Position numbers and translations under genes: made by a program
In this document: positions 53,786 through 64,000 of the stretch, piece by piece
Numbering within the stretch: position 1 is the first letter of the stretch
Layout of the letters: every line of letters starts with the position of its first letter
The notes under the pieces: model-generated
Database searches by the model: none
Told to the model about the DNA's origin: nothing
Seen by the model: the letters and a program-made list of their open reading frames with translations, nothing else
Assembly (NCBI GenBank): GCA_009103225.1
Contig: RHPI01002990.1
Span: forward strand, 834,341-898,340
Direction: 5' to 3'
DNA: 64,000 bases
Source of the DNA: Chlorokybus atmophyticus
Lineage: Eukaryota > Plantae > Mesostigma and Chlorokybus algae

Positions 53786-54300
53786 TCCCGCACAAATGCT
53801 CCAATATAATATTAGAAGCAGGCATGCTTGCTAAGAAGCTTCGCCGTGGCAAAGCATTGCAGCAACTTGACGGATGGAAAGCGTGTTTTTAAGTTGCGCA
53901 TCAGCTCAGCCGCTTGCTTCGCTTGCTTCCTTGCAGCGTCCAGGACCTTATCAAAGGACACAGGTGACAGCATGCTTGTCATCATGCAATACGGGCCGTA
54001 TTACATGACACAGCCTGCCTGACAAGAGCAAGAAGACAACTACTAGTCCATGTTTACTGCGTCCTCATGACTTCGGTATGTGTAAGCTCAATTGATGATC
54101 TCTTGCTTGCAGACAAATGGTATTAAGCGGAGAGGTGATGACCTTGATTGTGCCCGCCTCCTCAACACTGGCATCAATGGCAGACGTGCATGTAGCACAG
54201 CATATGAGCTCTCCAATGAGAGAAACATCTATACTTACAAGCTTGCGACAAAGCACTTACTTGCTCAAAATGAGGCGATTAAATAAACTTTGAAAGCCTC
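53063..54300 (-). pseudogene. Degenerate hAT-superfamily transposase (C-terminal part) with one candidate terminus
   Basis: Minus-strand frames give LMRNLKTRFPSVKLLQCF, then FWQQLVSNVLQADRIIEYLILARIMLVLPIGSVHNERL / MNIIKNRPSNSLVEPHLKICVR (hAT dimerisation SxxxERxFS region), with an in-frame stop and a frameshift. CAGGGGTGCAGC at 53063 resembles a hAT TIR start. Confidence 0.75.
53734..53782. repeat. (GA)n tract acting as the polypyrimidine tract of an apparent intron in the hAT relic
   Basis: On the minus strand (CT)n is followed by GCTACAG and then resumed transposase-like coding. Confidence 0.7.
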
Positions 54301-55169
54301 TAGCTGCAGCGGATGATCAAACATGTAATAAGTTTAAATAGCGTGCGTGTCAGTATCATTCATCACTCACCCTTCATGCGGAGTAAATGAATGGTTTTAT
54401 GACCTCGTGCTGCGGTAAGTTATAAAGAGAGTTGATTGATAAAACTTTTTGAGAAAAAGGTCTATTATAAGAGAAGATCTTTTGTTTCAAGGTGATTAAT
54501 AGAGATTATGAACAATAACAACAACCATAGCCCATTGCTTCTGGCAGTAGCAACGGGCTGGCCCAGGTCCCAATCAGTAAACAATACAAAACAACACGCA
54601 AGCACACGCAAACACGAAGGCAAAAAGGCAGGCAAAGGCTGAGGCAGGCAGGCACGCACGGGCAATGGTGAAGATGACTGATACACAAGCGCCATGCGTT
54701 AGCAACTGCGAAGCGTGGGCAATGCTGACTGTGGCAATGCTGAGTTTTATGTTGCTGACGCTGCAATCGGCTGCAAGGCACTCACAACCTTCTGAAATGG
54801 CTGCCAACGGTCTGAAATTAGGTTAGGCATAGGCAATGCAACAATGACCAAAGAATAGCGGGCAATCATGCTCCCCACAATGTGCCCACCTTCGATGCAC
54901 GTATGCTTGTGTAATGCATTACATGTGTTTTGTAATACAATGTGCATTGCTTTATGGCACAAGAGTGCCTGACTTCAACACCTGCCACGCTTTTAGTGGT
55001 AAGTTTGCGTGAACAAAGCACTTTCAGATGCTGGCTAAAGTGCAATAAGTACAACAACCACTTTTGCCTTGTTAGCAGCAGCTGCCTTGTGGTGCTTAAT
55101 AAGCAAACATCTATAATGCACTCGTTCTAGTCACAAATCTGCACTTCGCGGGATGGAGACCTGCGGCCG

Positions 55170-55865
55170 GAGAGAGAGAGCGAGCGAGAGAGCGCGAGAG
55201 AGCGAGAGCGAGCGAGGGAGCGAGAGCGAGAGCGAGAGCGAGAGCGAGAGCGAGAGCGAGAGCGAGAGCGAGAGCGAGAGCGAGAGCGAGAGCGAGAGCG
55301 AGAGNNNNNNNNNNNNNNNNNNNNNNNNNNNNNNNNNNNNNNNNNNNNNNNNNNNNNNNNNNNNNNNNNNNNNNNNNNNNNNNNNNNNNNNNNNNNNNNN
55401 NNNNNNNNNNNNNNNNNNNNNNNNNNNNNNNNNNNNNNNNNNNNNNNNNNNNNNNNNNNNNNNNNNNNNNNNNNNNNNNNNNNNNNNNNNNNNNNNNNNN
55501 NNNNNNNNNNNNNNNNNNNNNNNNNNNNNNNNNNNNNNNNNNNNNNNNNNNNNNNNNNNNNNNNNNNNNNNNNNNNNNNNNNNNNNNNNNNNNNNNNNNN
55601 NNNNNNNNNNNNNNNNNNNNNNNNNNNNNNNNNNNNNNNNNNNNNNNNNNNNNNNNNNNNNNNNNNNNNNNNNNNNNNNNNNNNNNNNNNNNNNNNNNNN
55701 NNNNNNNNNNNNNNNNNNNNNNNNNNNNNNNNNNNNNNNNNNNNNNNNNNNNNNNNNNNNNNNNNNNNNNNNNNNNNNNNNNNNNNNNNNNNNNNNNNNN
55801 NNNNNNNNNNNNNNNNNNNNNNNNNNNNNNNNNNNNNNNNNNNNNNNNNNNNNNNNNNNNNNNNN

Positions 55866-55901
<36 letters not shown>
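55170..55901. repeat. (GAGAGC)n, N gap (55305-55864) and (GA)n downstream of Miro
   Basis: Hexamer and dinucleotide repeats flank the gap. Confidence 0.9.
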
Positions 55902-55905
<4 letters not shown>

Positions 55906-56004
55906 TAGTGTGAATGCAATCACAATGATTATAAATGCAAACAAACACTTGGCAAAGATGGAAGCCGCCACCATGCTTGCTTCAATTCCAGGTCCCAGAT
56001 GCAA

Positions 56005-59000
56005 CTAGCTGGACGATTGACGACGAGCACTATAAATCCTGAATGCAATGATGCCGACAGCGGCAACCGCAACGGCTCCTGTGGCATATGCGGCAGTGAC
56101 ACGTAATCGGTGTTTTCTTTCGTGCAAGGCTCTGCTTGCTTCAGAAACGGCTATTGAGCCTTGAGGTTCGGTTGCAACCGCCGCGACCTGCTTGTAGACC
56201 TCTGCAGTGTCACCTGATCTCAATGATAACGACAGCGGTGGTGGAAGCATTAATGATGCGCAAAACTGCTGCGACTCCTGCAAAGGCTCTGGAGGAGTGC
56301 CCAGATCGTCCTTTGTAGCCAGGACTATGCACGGCACTTGTGCGCCACTATCAGCTACCATGCTAAGCAGCGCTGCTGTTGAGTCGAAGGAAGACATGGA
56401 GGAGCTGTCAAACAAAAATGCAGCAACATCGCAATGCGCGAGCGCGTCTGCAGAGCTTGCAAGGTCCTCAGCCTGCCCAGCTGGTACTTCTCTCATCACC
56501 AGAGTCTTCTGGCCATCCTCCTCTGTTCGCACTTGGTTTGCAACAACCCGCTCCAACCCACTGCTACTGGGTTTCTCATTGAACGCTGCAGCAACAGACA
56601 ACATGAGGACATGAAACCGATGACTGACCTTAAAGCAATGTGTGAGCCAATCAGGTCTGCGCTACCAAAAGCAATGTACAGGACAGCTGCGAGTGATACG
56701 ATACAAGTCTTGTCAAGGGGTTGCACCTCACCTCTTCCAATCAACCCATCCAAGAGCGCGCTTTTTCCAGATGCTGCAGGCCCAAACACATAACAGTAGA
56801 TAACCTCACGTGCACGGGCGCGGCGCTTCTTGTCTACACGTCGCTTGACCGGTCGCAACAACACACTTGGATCGCCCGTATAGCAGAGGTACTGGAAGTA
56901 GGTCAGTGTAATTATGGGATCCAGGATTGCAGTCATGGCCCAGTATGATAGCCAGCCACTGAAGGTGAGTGCACCAGCACTGGTTTCCACGACTGAGGCC
57001 CAATCTTGACCTTCCATCGGAGAGCAAGGAGCAGTGGAGAATACATCTTCCAACTCGCTGCTGTTCAGGGCGCCATCTCTATCACGATCGAAGTCTTCAA
57101 AAGCTTTCTTCAGAAACTCATTGGCTTCGCTGGAGAGCTCAAGTACTTGGTCGGAAGAGTGCCTAGGCAGTGAGGATTGCACCAGCTCTGGCCTCAAGTG
57201 CAGTTCATTGTTGTACCCAAACTTGCGAAGGACCTGCAGTAGTCAGCATGGCAGGTGAGGTCGCATAAAGTTGATAGCTGTGAGACAGCTGCGCACTGCT
57301 GAGGATGTGCAGGCCAGCCTGCTGATGACGTCGTCATGCTCACCTGCCAGGTTGTTTCAATGCGCCCTCTCTCAATGAACAACGCATGAAGTAGCAAGAA
57401 CCCGGGAAGAGCAAGACCGCGCTCTGTGACTGCTCCAGATGGCATCTTTTCTGCCACAACACGCTTCACACCATCCAGCTCGTCTGGTTGCAATGGTGCG
57501 TCAAAGCAGATCATCTGAAACTCGTTCAACTCTGCATCACTCAGCACTTCGTCATGGTCACGGTCACATAGAGTAAATATACGCTTCAAAGCCTTCACAC
57601 AAGCTGGGTGCAATGCGCTCTGCTGTACATCAAAAAGAGGCGCCACTGGATGAAGGACCGCCTGCAGCACAGGTCAGGTAAGCATACTGGAGCAACAACT
57701 GACTGGTCTACAAGCAAGTAGGCATACAATTTATCTCGACAATTGGCAACTTGTGTCACTTGATTGGCCTGGACTGAACAGTTGACAGTACCACGAAATG
57801 CTTCATATAGCTCACATGACCAAGGAGGTCAACTGGGCAAACACCATCGGTTGACGGCAGGCAAGCACATACCTTTTGTGCATAGTAGAACGGTTCCACC
57901 GTGTGCCTCAACTCGCGCGCAGAGCAGGCAAGCGTGGTGTCAATCTGTCTCCATTCGTCCATGACTGGCCCAACAGTCCGCTCTAAACTACCTTGCGGGT
58001 CTGGGGTCAGGTCATGCTTGCAGGCCACCAGAATGACTGGAGCGGTGATGCTTAATCGCCGCAGTTCCAGCATCCAATGCGTGCCAATGCGCACCAGTGT
58101 CTCTGGCCGGTCTATTGCATAGCAGACAATAACGGCGTCTGCTAACTGCAACTCTTGCTCGAGCTGTGCTTGATCTTCCCGCCTACTTGACGTATCAACA
58201 ACCAAAAGCGGCATCCGCTCGGTCATCGTCTCTGCTGACAATCGGGTGTACGGCAGCACCTATAACATTGACTGATGAGTGCATGTGTTCATGAAACCGA
58301 CACTGAAAAGAATGGGTGATGTCGAGAACTGCTGTCTGAAGTTTCTTGTCAATTCATGCATGCACCGTTACTGATGTCTGCAACAGGGATGCAGCCAACA
58401 CGGCCGTGCAACGCATGCTGACTTACAACATTGCTGAGCTAACAAGCATGAACTGCAAACAGCTTACGTGTGGCAATCGAAGTAAGCTGACCATGAAGCT
58501 CACTACGTACTGATGTGCTGCTGACCCTAGTTGGGTACATACCTAAGCCTGGTAAACATTGAGACGGCCTTACAAACACACAGCAAAACTTCCAGAGCGA
58601 TGACAGAACATGACTGCATGGCGTAAACCAATTTGCTGTACGCTGTGAAAGAGCTGACTCACGGAGGACGCAGGCTTGATGATGTCAGTGACGTGCTGCA
58701 TATGCGTAAGCCAATGCGGAGCAATGGCAGCAGACGTGTGTTAGTATGAAACCGGACGCTGCCTGTTATACAACAAAGAAATAATATCTGGCGGCGCAGA
58801 AATCACCTGACTGGTTAACTCTTCTGCTACCCAAGTGGACTTGACTAGGGATGGGTGTGCATACAGCCACGTGTGAGGTGCTGCTAAAATTAGGGTTTTA
58901 ACCACCTCCTGCATCATACCGGTGGCGGGTTGTCTGGGAAAGAGTCAGTGGCAGCCGCAACAATCAAGGAGGTCTTCCCAACGCCTTCATCACCAATGAC

Positions 59001-59060
59001 GACAACGCGAACAGTTTGGTCCTCCCCTGCTCCGGAGGACGACGAGGAGGACGACGCCAT
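56005..59060 (-). CDS. MIRO: Mitochondrial Rho GTPase (Miro): GTPase, EF-hands, GTPase, C-terminal transmembrane anchor
   Basis: VRVVVIGDEGVGKTSLI; FYYAQKAVLHPVAPLFD; LKRIFTLCDRDHDEVLSDAELNEFQ; FLLLHALFIERGRIETTW; FEDFDRDRDGALNSSEL; YVFGPAASGKSALL; TM GAVAVAAVGIIAFRIY. Confidence 0.95.
58890..58898 (-). promoter_or_regulatory. Telo-box-like AAACCCTAA in Miro intron 1
   Basis: TTAGGGTTT on the + strand, about 21 nt inside the first intron (donor at 58919). Function is inferred only. Confidence 0.35.
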
Positions 59061-59446
59061 GCGGACTAGCTGTCAACAACAACCGTGACAACCGCTGGGA
59101 CAAGCAGCAAATCCGCCACCAGCTGACAGGAGATGTCTTTTCACCAGCAAGCCGAACCTAGAGTTCTCCCTGCCTCTGCTCCAGCCCGCAATCCACCCTC
59201 GGCCAGGCGGCCACCTCCCCCGCCACCAGCGCCGCCGCCGCCGCCGCCGCGGTGGACACTGCCTGCATGCATGTGACAGCAGCGAGGTAGAAGCTGTTTG
59301 CGAGCCAACAATAGCGACGTTTGCTTGGCCGCAACCCGCAGTGATCTCGGCTTCCGATGTGATTGGTAACTTTGGCTTCTACTGCCACCAACAGCAGCGA
59401 CGTGTCAAGTATAGCTGTGCTCGTGATTGTGCTTGTGCTTGCGGCG

Positions 59447-61105
59447 ATGGCAACGACGGCGCGAGGCGGGCGAGGACGCTCATCGACATCAGCGCTTGCC
59501 AAGGCTTACTTGTTTCTGTACAACGCGGTTCAAGCGGCTGGATGGTGAGTGCTGCATTGCATGCTTGCTGCGAGCGGTGATTTGTGGGTGTGGACACACG
59601 AGCTTGAGCTGACTTACACATACACATATACATGCAGGGCGTATGCACTAGTGCTGCTGGTGACGGAGCTGCTGTCGTCTCGGTCGCATTACGGCACGTA
59701 CGCAGCGGCTGGTGGTGTTATAAGTAAGGTGGCGAGGCAGCAAGTGCTTGCCAAGATGATTGCAAGTGCTTGGCTATGATGCAAGCTGAGCATGAAAAGC
59801 GCCATTTTTTTGTTCATTATCCCCGACAACGTGCATGTTTTACCAACACTTGTACCGACAGCCTTCTACTCTTGCCTGCTTGCAAGAGTTCGTGAATGCA
59901 TAGCACTCGACATAGCATGCGTCTGCACAACAATACACTGATCACCCTTTGTGCTGGCAGATGCGTTTCAGCTTGCAGCTTTTCTCGAAGTGATCCATGC
60001 CGCGTTAGGTGAGTTGGTTGCTTGCTGTTGACCAGTAACTTTAACCACAATAGTGTTGAGGCTGGCATGCTGGTTAGTCACTTCAAGTCTGCACAGTCAG
60101 TCGTACTGGGTAACCGTAACGGTAAGCTGGCAATGCAGGTCTTGTAAGGAGTAACCCTGCATTAGTATTTCTTCAATGGCTTGGCCGCAGCCACGTGCTA
60201 TTTGCGTGCGTGTACAGTGTTGATGAGGTACGTAGTGCATGTCTGCATTGTTGCATATGACAAAGCCAGATTGTCAACACTTTAAGCCTGTAGGGTATAT
60301 AGCGAACTGGCAGTGGTGCATACAGTCTTGTTGAGATCGTCAATCGGCTAAGAAGCCACACAACTGTATGCCTTCTCACTCCAGGTTAAGGTATCCCCGG
60401 CCTTGCCAGTGATGTTCGCTGCGTGGGCACTTACAGAGGTGGGCACTCGTGAGCAGTCTGCACGACTCAGTTACTGCCTGCGCTGCTGCTTACTGGTCAC
60501 ATGATTCCAGGTAGTGCGTTACCCTCAATATGCGCTTTCCACCATAGGTGCATCACCAGCCTGGCTAGATCAATTGAGGTAGGTCAGCCGGTCAGCTGTT
60601 GGTCTGACGAAGGATTGGTGGCTTCTTATGACAAGGATATGTTGTTTGGTTTTCAGGTATACCATATTCATTCCACTTTATCCCATCGGCGTGTTATCCG
60701 AAGGTAAGTGGGTTGTTACTAAACTCAGCCTGTTTTTTGAGTTTCAGGGCTGAACACATGCATATCACTGAGCTTGCATGTTATATACCTGTTTCTGACT
60801 GTGTCTTGCTTGCCAGTTGCACTGCTATATCAGGCCATTCCTTACGTGGCAAGGCGACAAATCCATTACTACAATACTCAACTTGCTGGCACGACACTCA
60901 ACTTTCAGTATGACAAGTTCATCAAGGTAACAGACACTCAACACCGCAATTGTGTGCACCGTATGCTTCAGCACTTGCTCTCAAAAATGACTTGTTTCTT
61001 TGACCGCAGCTGCTGCTTGTTCCCTATTTCCCGGCTTGGGCCGTGCTGTATGTGCACATGTTCAAGCAGAGAGCATCCAAGCTGCGACGCAGCAAACGAG
61101 AGTAG
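59447..61105 (+). CDS. PAS2: Very-long-chain 3-hydroxyacyl-CoA dehydratase (HACD/PTPLA/PASTICCINO2 family)
   Basis: AYLFLYNAVQAAGW; FQLAAFLEVIHAALGLVRS; AWALTEVVRYPQY; LRYTIFIPLYPIGVLSE (catalytic Tyr and Glu); YVHMFKQRASKL. About 9 exons in phase. Confidence 0.92.
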
Positions 61106-61441
61106 ACGAATACATGGGAGCTTAGGGGGAGACATTTTTGGCGTAGCTACATCACTGTTATGTGCGCACAGGAACCAGTAGGATATATCAACTATGCGAG
61201 TTGTAGAAGCACAGAACCACAGTTCTGTGTTTGGCACAGCACCAAGGTGCTATGTTTTGCACAGTACGAGGGTACTTGCCAAGGCAGTCTTGTCTGCAGT
61301 GCGCCAAAACTGAGGCAATCCGTGCAAAGCTGCTTGACCAACGTGATTGCACGTATGTTGGTGCATGTCATCCCACTCACTTGGGCACTGCTGCTGGCAT
61401 GACTTGCGAGCCTGGCGGCAGCCGGCCCAACCCTGGCATGA

Positions 61442-62910
61442 TCACCTTGAAACTCCTTGGCCTACACAAAGGACGCGACATATCAGCAACCTGAGACTCA
61501 TACGCCACACAGCCTGCTGGCCAGTAAGCACAACGTGTTGGTTACTTACATGGGAGTGGGGTCGTAATTGACACCAGACAGAATGATTCCTGTGCGCAAG
61601 GTGCACAATATCAGCAATTCTGGCACACACAACAGTATTCTGCCAATTTGCTTTTGGCGCAACATACGTGCTGCAAGGCTGGTGATCGCCGTATATACTG
61701 CGACCATGTGAGACAAATACACACATGCTTTCAAGCTCGCTCTCACCATGGCTGCGTATTCCTTGGATCTCTTTGGGCTCCGAGTTGGCGATCACTAGGA
61801 CCTTCTTCCCAACAGCGTCCTCCACATCCCAAACAAACCTGCATTCCGAGACAATCGTGCGCTGCTCTGCGCCAAGATTTACCTGCAGACAAAGGCTTCA
61901 CTGTTGTGTGCAGTGGTCATAGACAAGCTGGACCTGACTTGGACCTGCCGTGCACAAGTTGACTGCCATTCTGTAATATTACCACAGCTTGAGTATGAGT
62001 ACTACTACCTATACATCATTACCTTGAGCTCAAGAAGGGTGCGGCTCATAGTGGGCTTGCCACGCTTCTCCGATATCTCCTTGTCGTGCACTTGTTTTGC
62101 ATCCACCTGTGCGTGCAAGACAACTAAACTCGTAAGCACGCAAGAAGCCGTGTACGCTGTGTAGCTGCTGAGTAGCACAGGGCTGCATGTCCTCACCACG
62201 ACACCGACTCGAAGATCAAGCGCCGCCACAGCCGCGTCATCGATGTTTGGCTTGATTGCCGGACATGTGGACACGTCAATCGCTTTTTCAGCAGCAGCAG
62301 CTTCAACATGTGAGACTGTTGCTGGCCTTCGGTGCGCGCGAAGCGGCCCGTTGCAACCGTTACTAGACTTTGCCAACCTGCATCCTGCGTGCGCCAGGCA
62401 ATCAAGGACAAACTCAGCTACGCAGCGCATGTGTCTGCTGACGCTTTGCATATTGCACACATTAACATGCCCGTACTACACCATGACCTCAACCAGCATG
62501 ACTGAGCAATCAGGCGTCTGTTATTGCGCTTCTGTGTTGCACTTTTGGTGCTCTTTCATGCACGAAACTGACTCACATTGTGTCCACTCATGTCTTGAGT
62601 CAAACCATTACAAATGAACGCCATGGCACGTATTGTGACAATGGGAGGTTTGTTAGCACTGGTTTCTTCGCAGCAAGAGTACAAAATGGTATTCTACACA
62701 CAAGTTTCAGCAAGACCCTCAACAGCAATGCGGACTGCTGCACACGCACACAGCACATGACAATGCAGCAGTGTCCTTGCCTGAGCCGCTGCATTGCGCC
62801 TTCCCGCTCCCAGCTTTGCGCAGCAGCAACGTGGTGCAGGCTGCAGGTTGCACAGGGCTGGACACCGACGCCGACGCTGCCGACCACACCGACGCCGCCG
62901 ACGCCGACAT
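61442..62910 (-). CDS. Stand-alone tRNA-binding OB-fold protein (CsaA/Trbp111/EMAPII-like); start uncertain
   Basis: ALDLRVGVVVDAK..H...TLLELKVNLGAEQRTIVS..VGKKVLVIANSEPKEIQGIRSHGIILS. An S/A-rich candidate N-terminus (MSASAASVWSAASAS) resembles a transit peptide, but its splice to the next exon is unresolved. Confidence 0.75.
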
Positions 62911-63127
62911 CGCCGCCGCTGGCTGCCCACAAACACCTCAGGGCTCACTGCAGCTTAGCGGCGGCAGTGTTGGAGTTGAAGCCTGGCTCTCTGCGGCGGC
63001 GGCGGCGCCGGTAGGGGAGGCGGTGGCTGAGGTGGTGAAGGAGGAGGACAAGGCGAACGAGGAGGAGGTGGTGGTTGCGTGGGCGTGCTGGCCGGGGCGG
63101 CTGAGGCTGTCGGGGTGGGCGGGCGGC

Positions 63128-64000
63128 ATGGGCTCGCTGCGCAGCCTCAGCGTCGTCCGGGAAGCGAGTCATGCCGGCACATGGTACACCGCTGACGGTA
63201 AGAGAGAACATAAGCTAGGACCTTATTCGCGTGCACACACGTTTGTCAACATGATCACCTCTTCATCAACCTCGGTCACTGTTTGTCCAATCAGGACTTT
63301 GATTGGAGGCAGAGTTACGTTGTAGTTGACTAGGGCAGGCTGTCCTGGAGTGCTGTTGTGGTCTCAGCTTCGCCAAGCTTTGATGCATGCCGTTGTGCGG
63401 GGCTGCAGTGATGATGACCGCAGTCATTCAGTCCGTTGCATTGCTGCAGCTTTTGACAACGTTGGGATGCGTGTATAACATACATCAATTGGAATCCGCA
63501 TGCATAGAGCAGTCGCTTGAAATCTGCACACTTCTCCCTACAACAGTGCTCAGCAACACGCATCAACACTCTTGATTGTTTCGAATTCTGCAGCGGAGGA
63601 ATTGCAGCAAGAGCTAGACGAGTGGCTGGCAGCAGCAGAGAAGGTCCTGGAGCCGTCGCGCGTGATCATTGCACCGTAAGTTCCTATCTGCTGCTGCTGC
63701 TGCTGCTGCTGTTTATCCAGCTGGCATAGACAATGTGTATACAAATTGTTGGTGCGGTGACAGTCCCTCAGTCACGCAGGATATCGGTACTCGGGACGGT
63801 GCGCAGGTCACGCGTATACTCACCTCGACACTGAAACGACGTACGAAGCTGCTTGCAAGTTGACAGTTCATCACATATCCTGCGTGCACACAGCACTTCT
63901 GTTACTGTTTTGCTTAGCTTGCATCGTTTCTGTTGTGCTGTCGTGTGTGCGCAGCAAGCGAGTGTTCCTGTTGGGACCTTCGCATCACCACTACACGCGC
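63128..64000 (+). CDS. MEMO1: MEMO1 (AmmeMemoRadiSam protein B family); continues beyond the window
   Basis: Spliced VREASHAGTWYTADAEELQQELDEWL..SRVIIAPHAGYRYSGRCAGHAY..KRVFLLGPSHHHY. Confidence 0.93.

Noticed and set aside
54298-54312. TAGCTGCA as the partner TIR of the hAT relic
   Set aside because: Only 8 nt match, the terminal CCCCTG is absent and no 8-bp TSD is seen.

Overview
Eukaryotic nuclear DNA from a draft assembly with N gaps and probably collapsed microsatellites. It is intron-rich and moderately GC-rich. The plant-type TOUSLED N-terminus, DP, PAS2 and Miro proteins suggest a green alga, most plausibly an early-diverging streptophyte (inference). I rebuilt about 15 spliced genes by hand from GT/GC-AG junctions: an RRM protein, a SERAC1-like ARM+hydrolase, a small orphan, DP, C2orf69-like, a bacterial-type DUF885-like putative metallopeptidase, a SET-domain protein, UTP6, a long coiled-coil protein, a SnoaL/NTF2-like protein, a Tousled-like kinase, Miro, HACD/PAS2, a CsaA/Trbp111-like OB-fold protein and MEMO1 (runs off the window). 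Mobile or repeat DNA: a TA-flanked pogo/Tc1-like MITE, a 5'-truncated RLE-type non-LTR retrotransposon, a pseudogenised hAT transposase, four diverged local copies of a ~0.9 kb unit at 41-46.7 kb, and very long (CT)n arrays. Most notable: (1) a TRF-like Myb/SANT domain spliced in frame inside the Tousled kinase, (2) a bacterial-looking HExxPGHH gene with 9 introns, (3) a perfect 21-bp hairpin just after the TLK stop codon, (4) the four-copy repeat island around the SnoaL gene. No rRNA, tRNA or CRISPR array was seen. Family assignments are from remembered motifs, not database searches.
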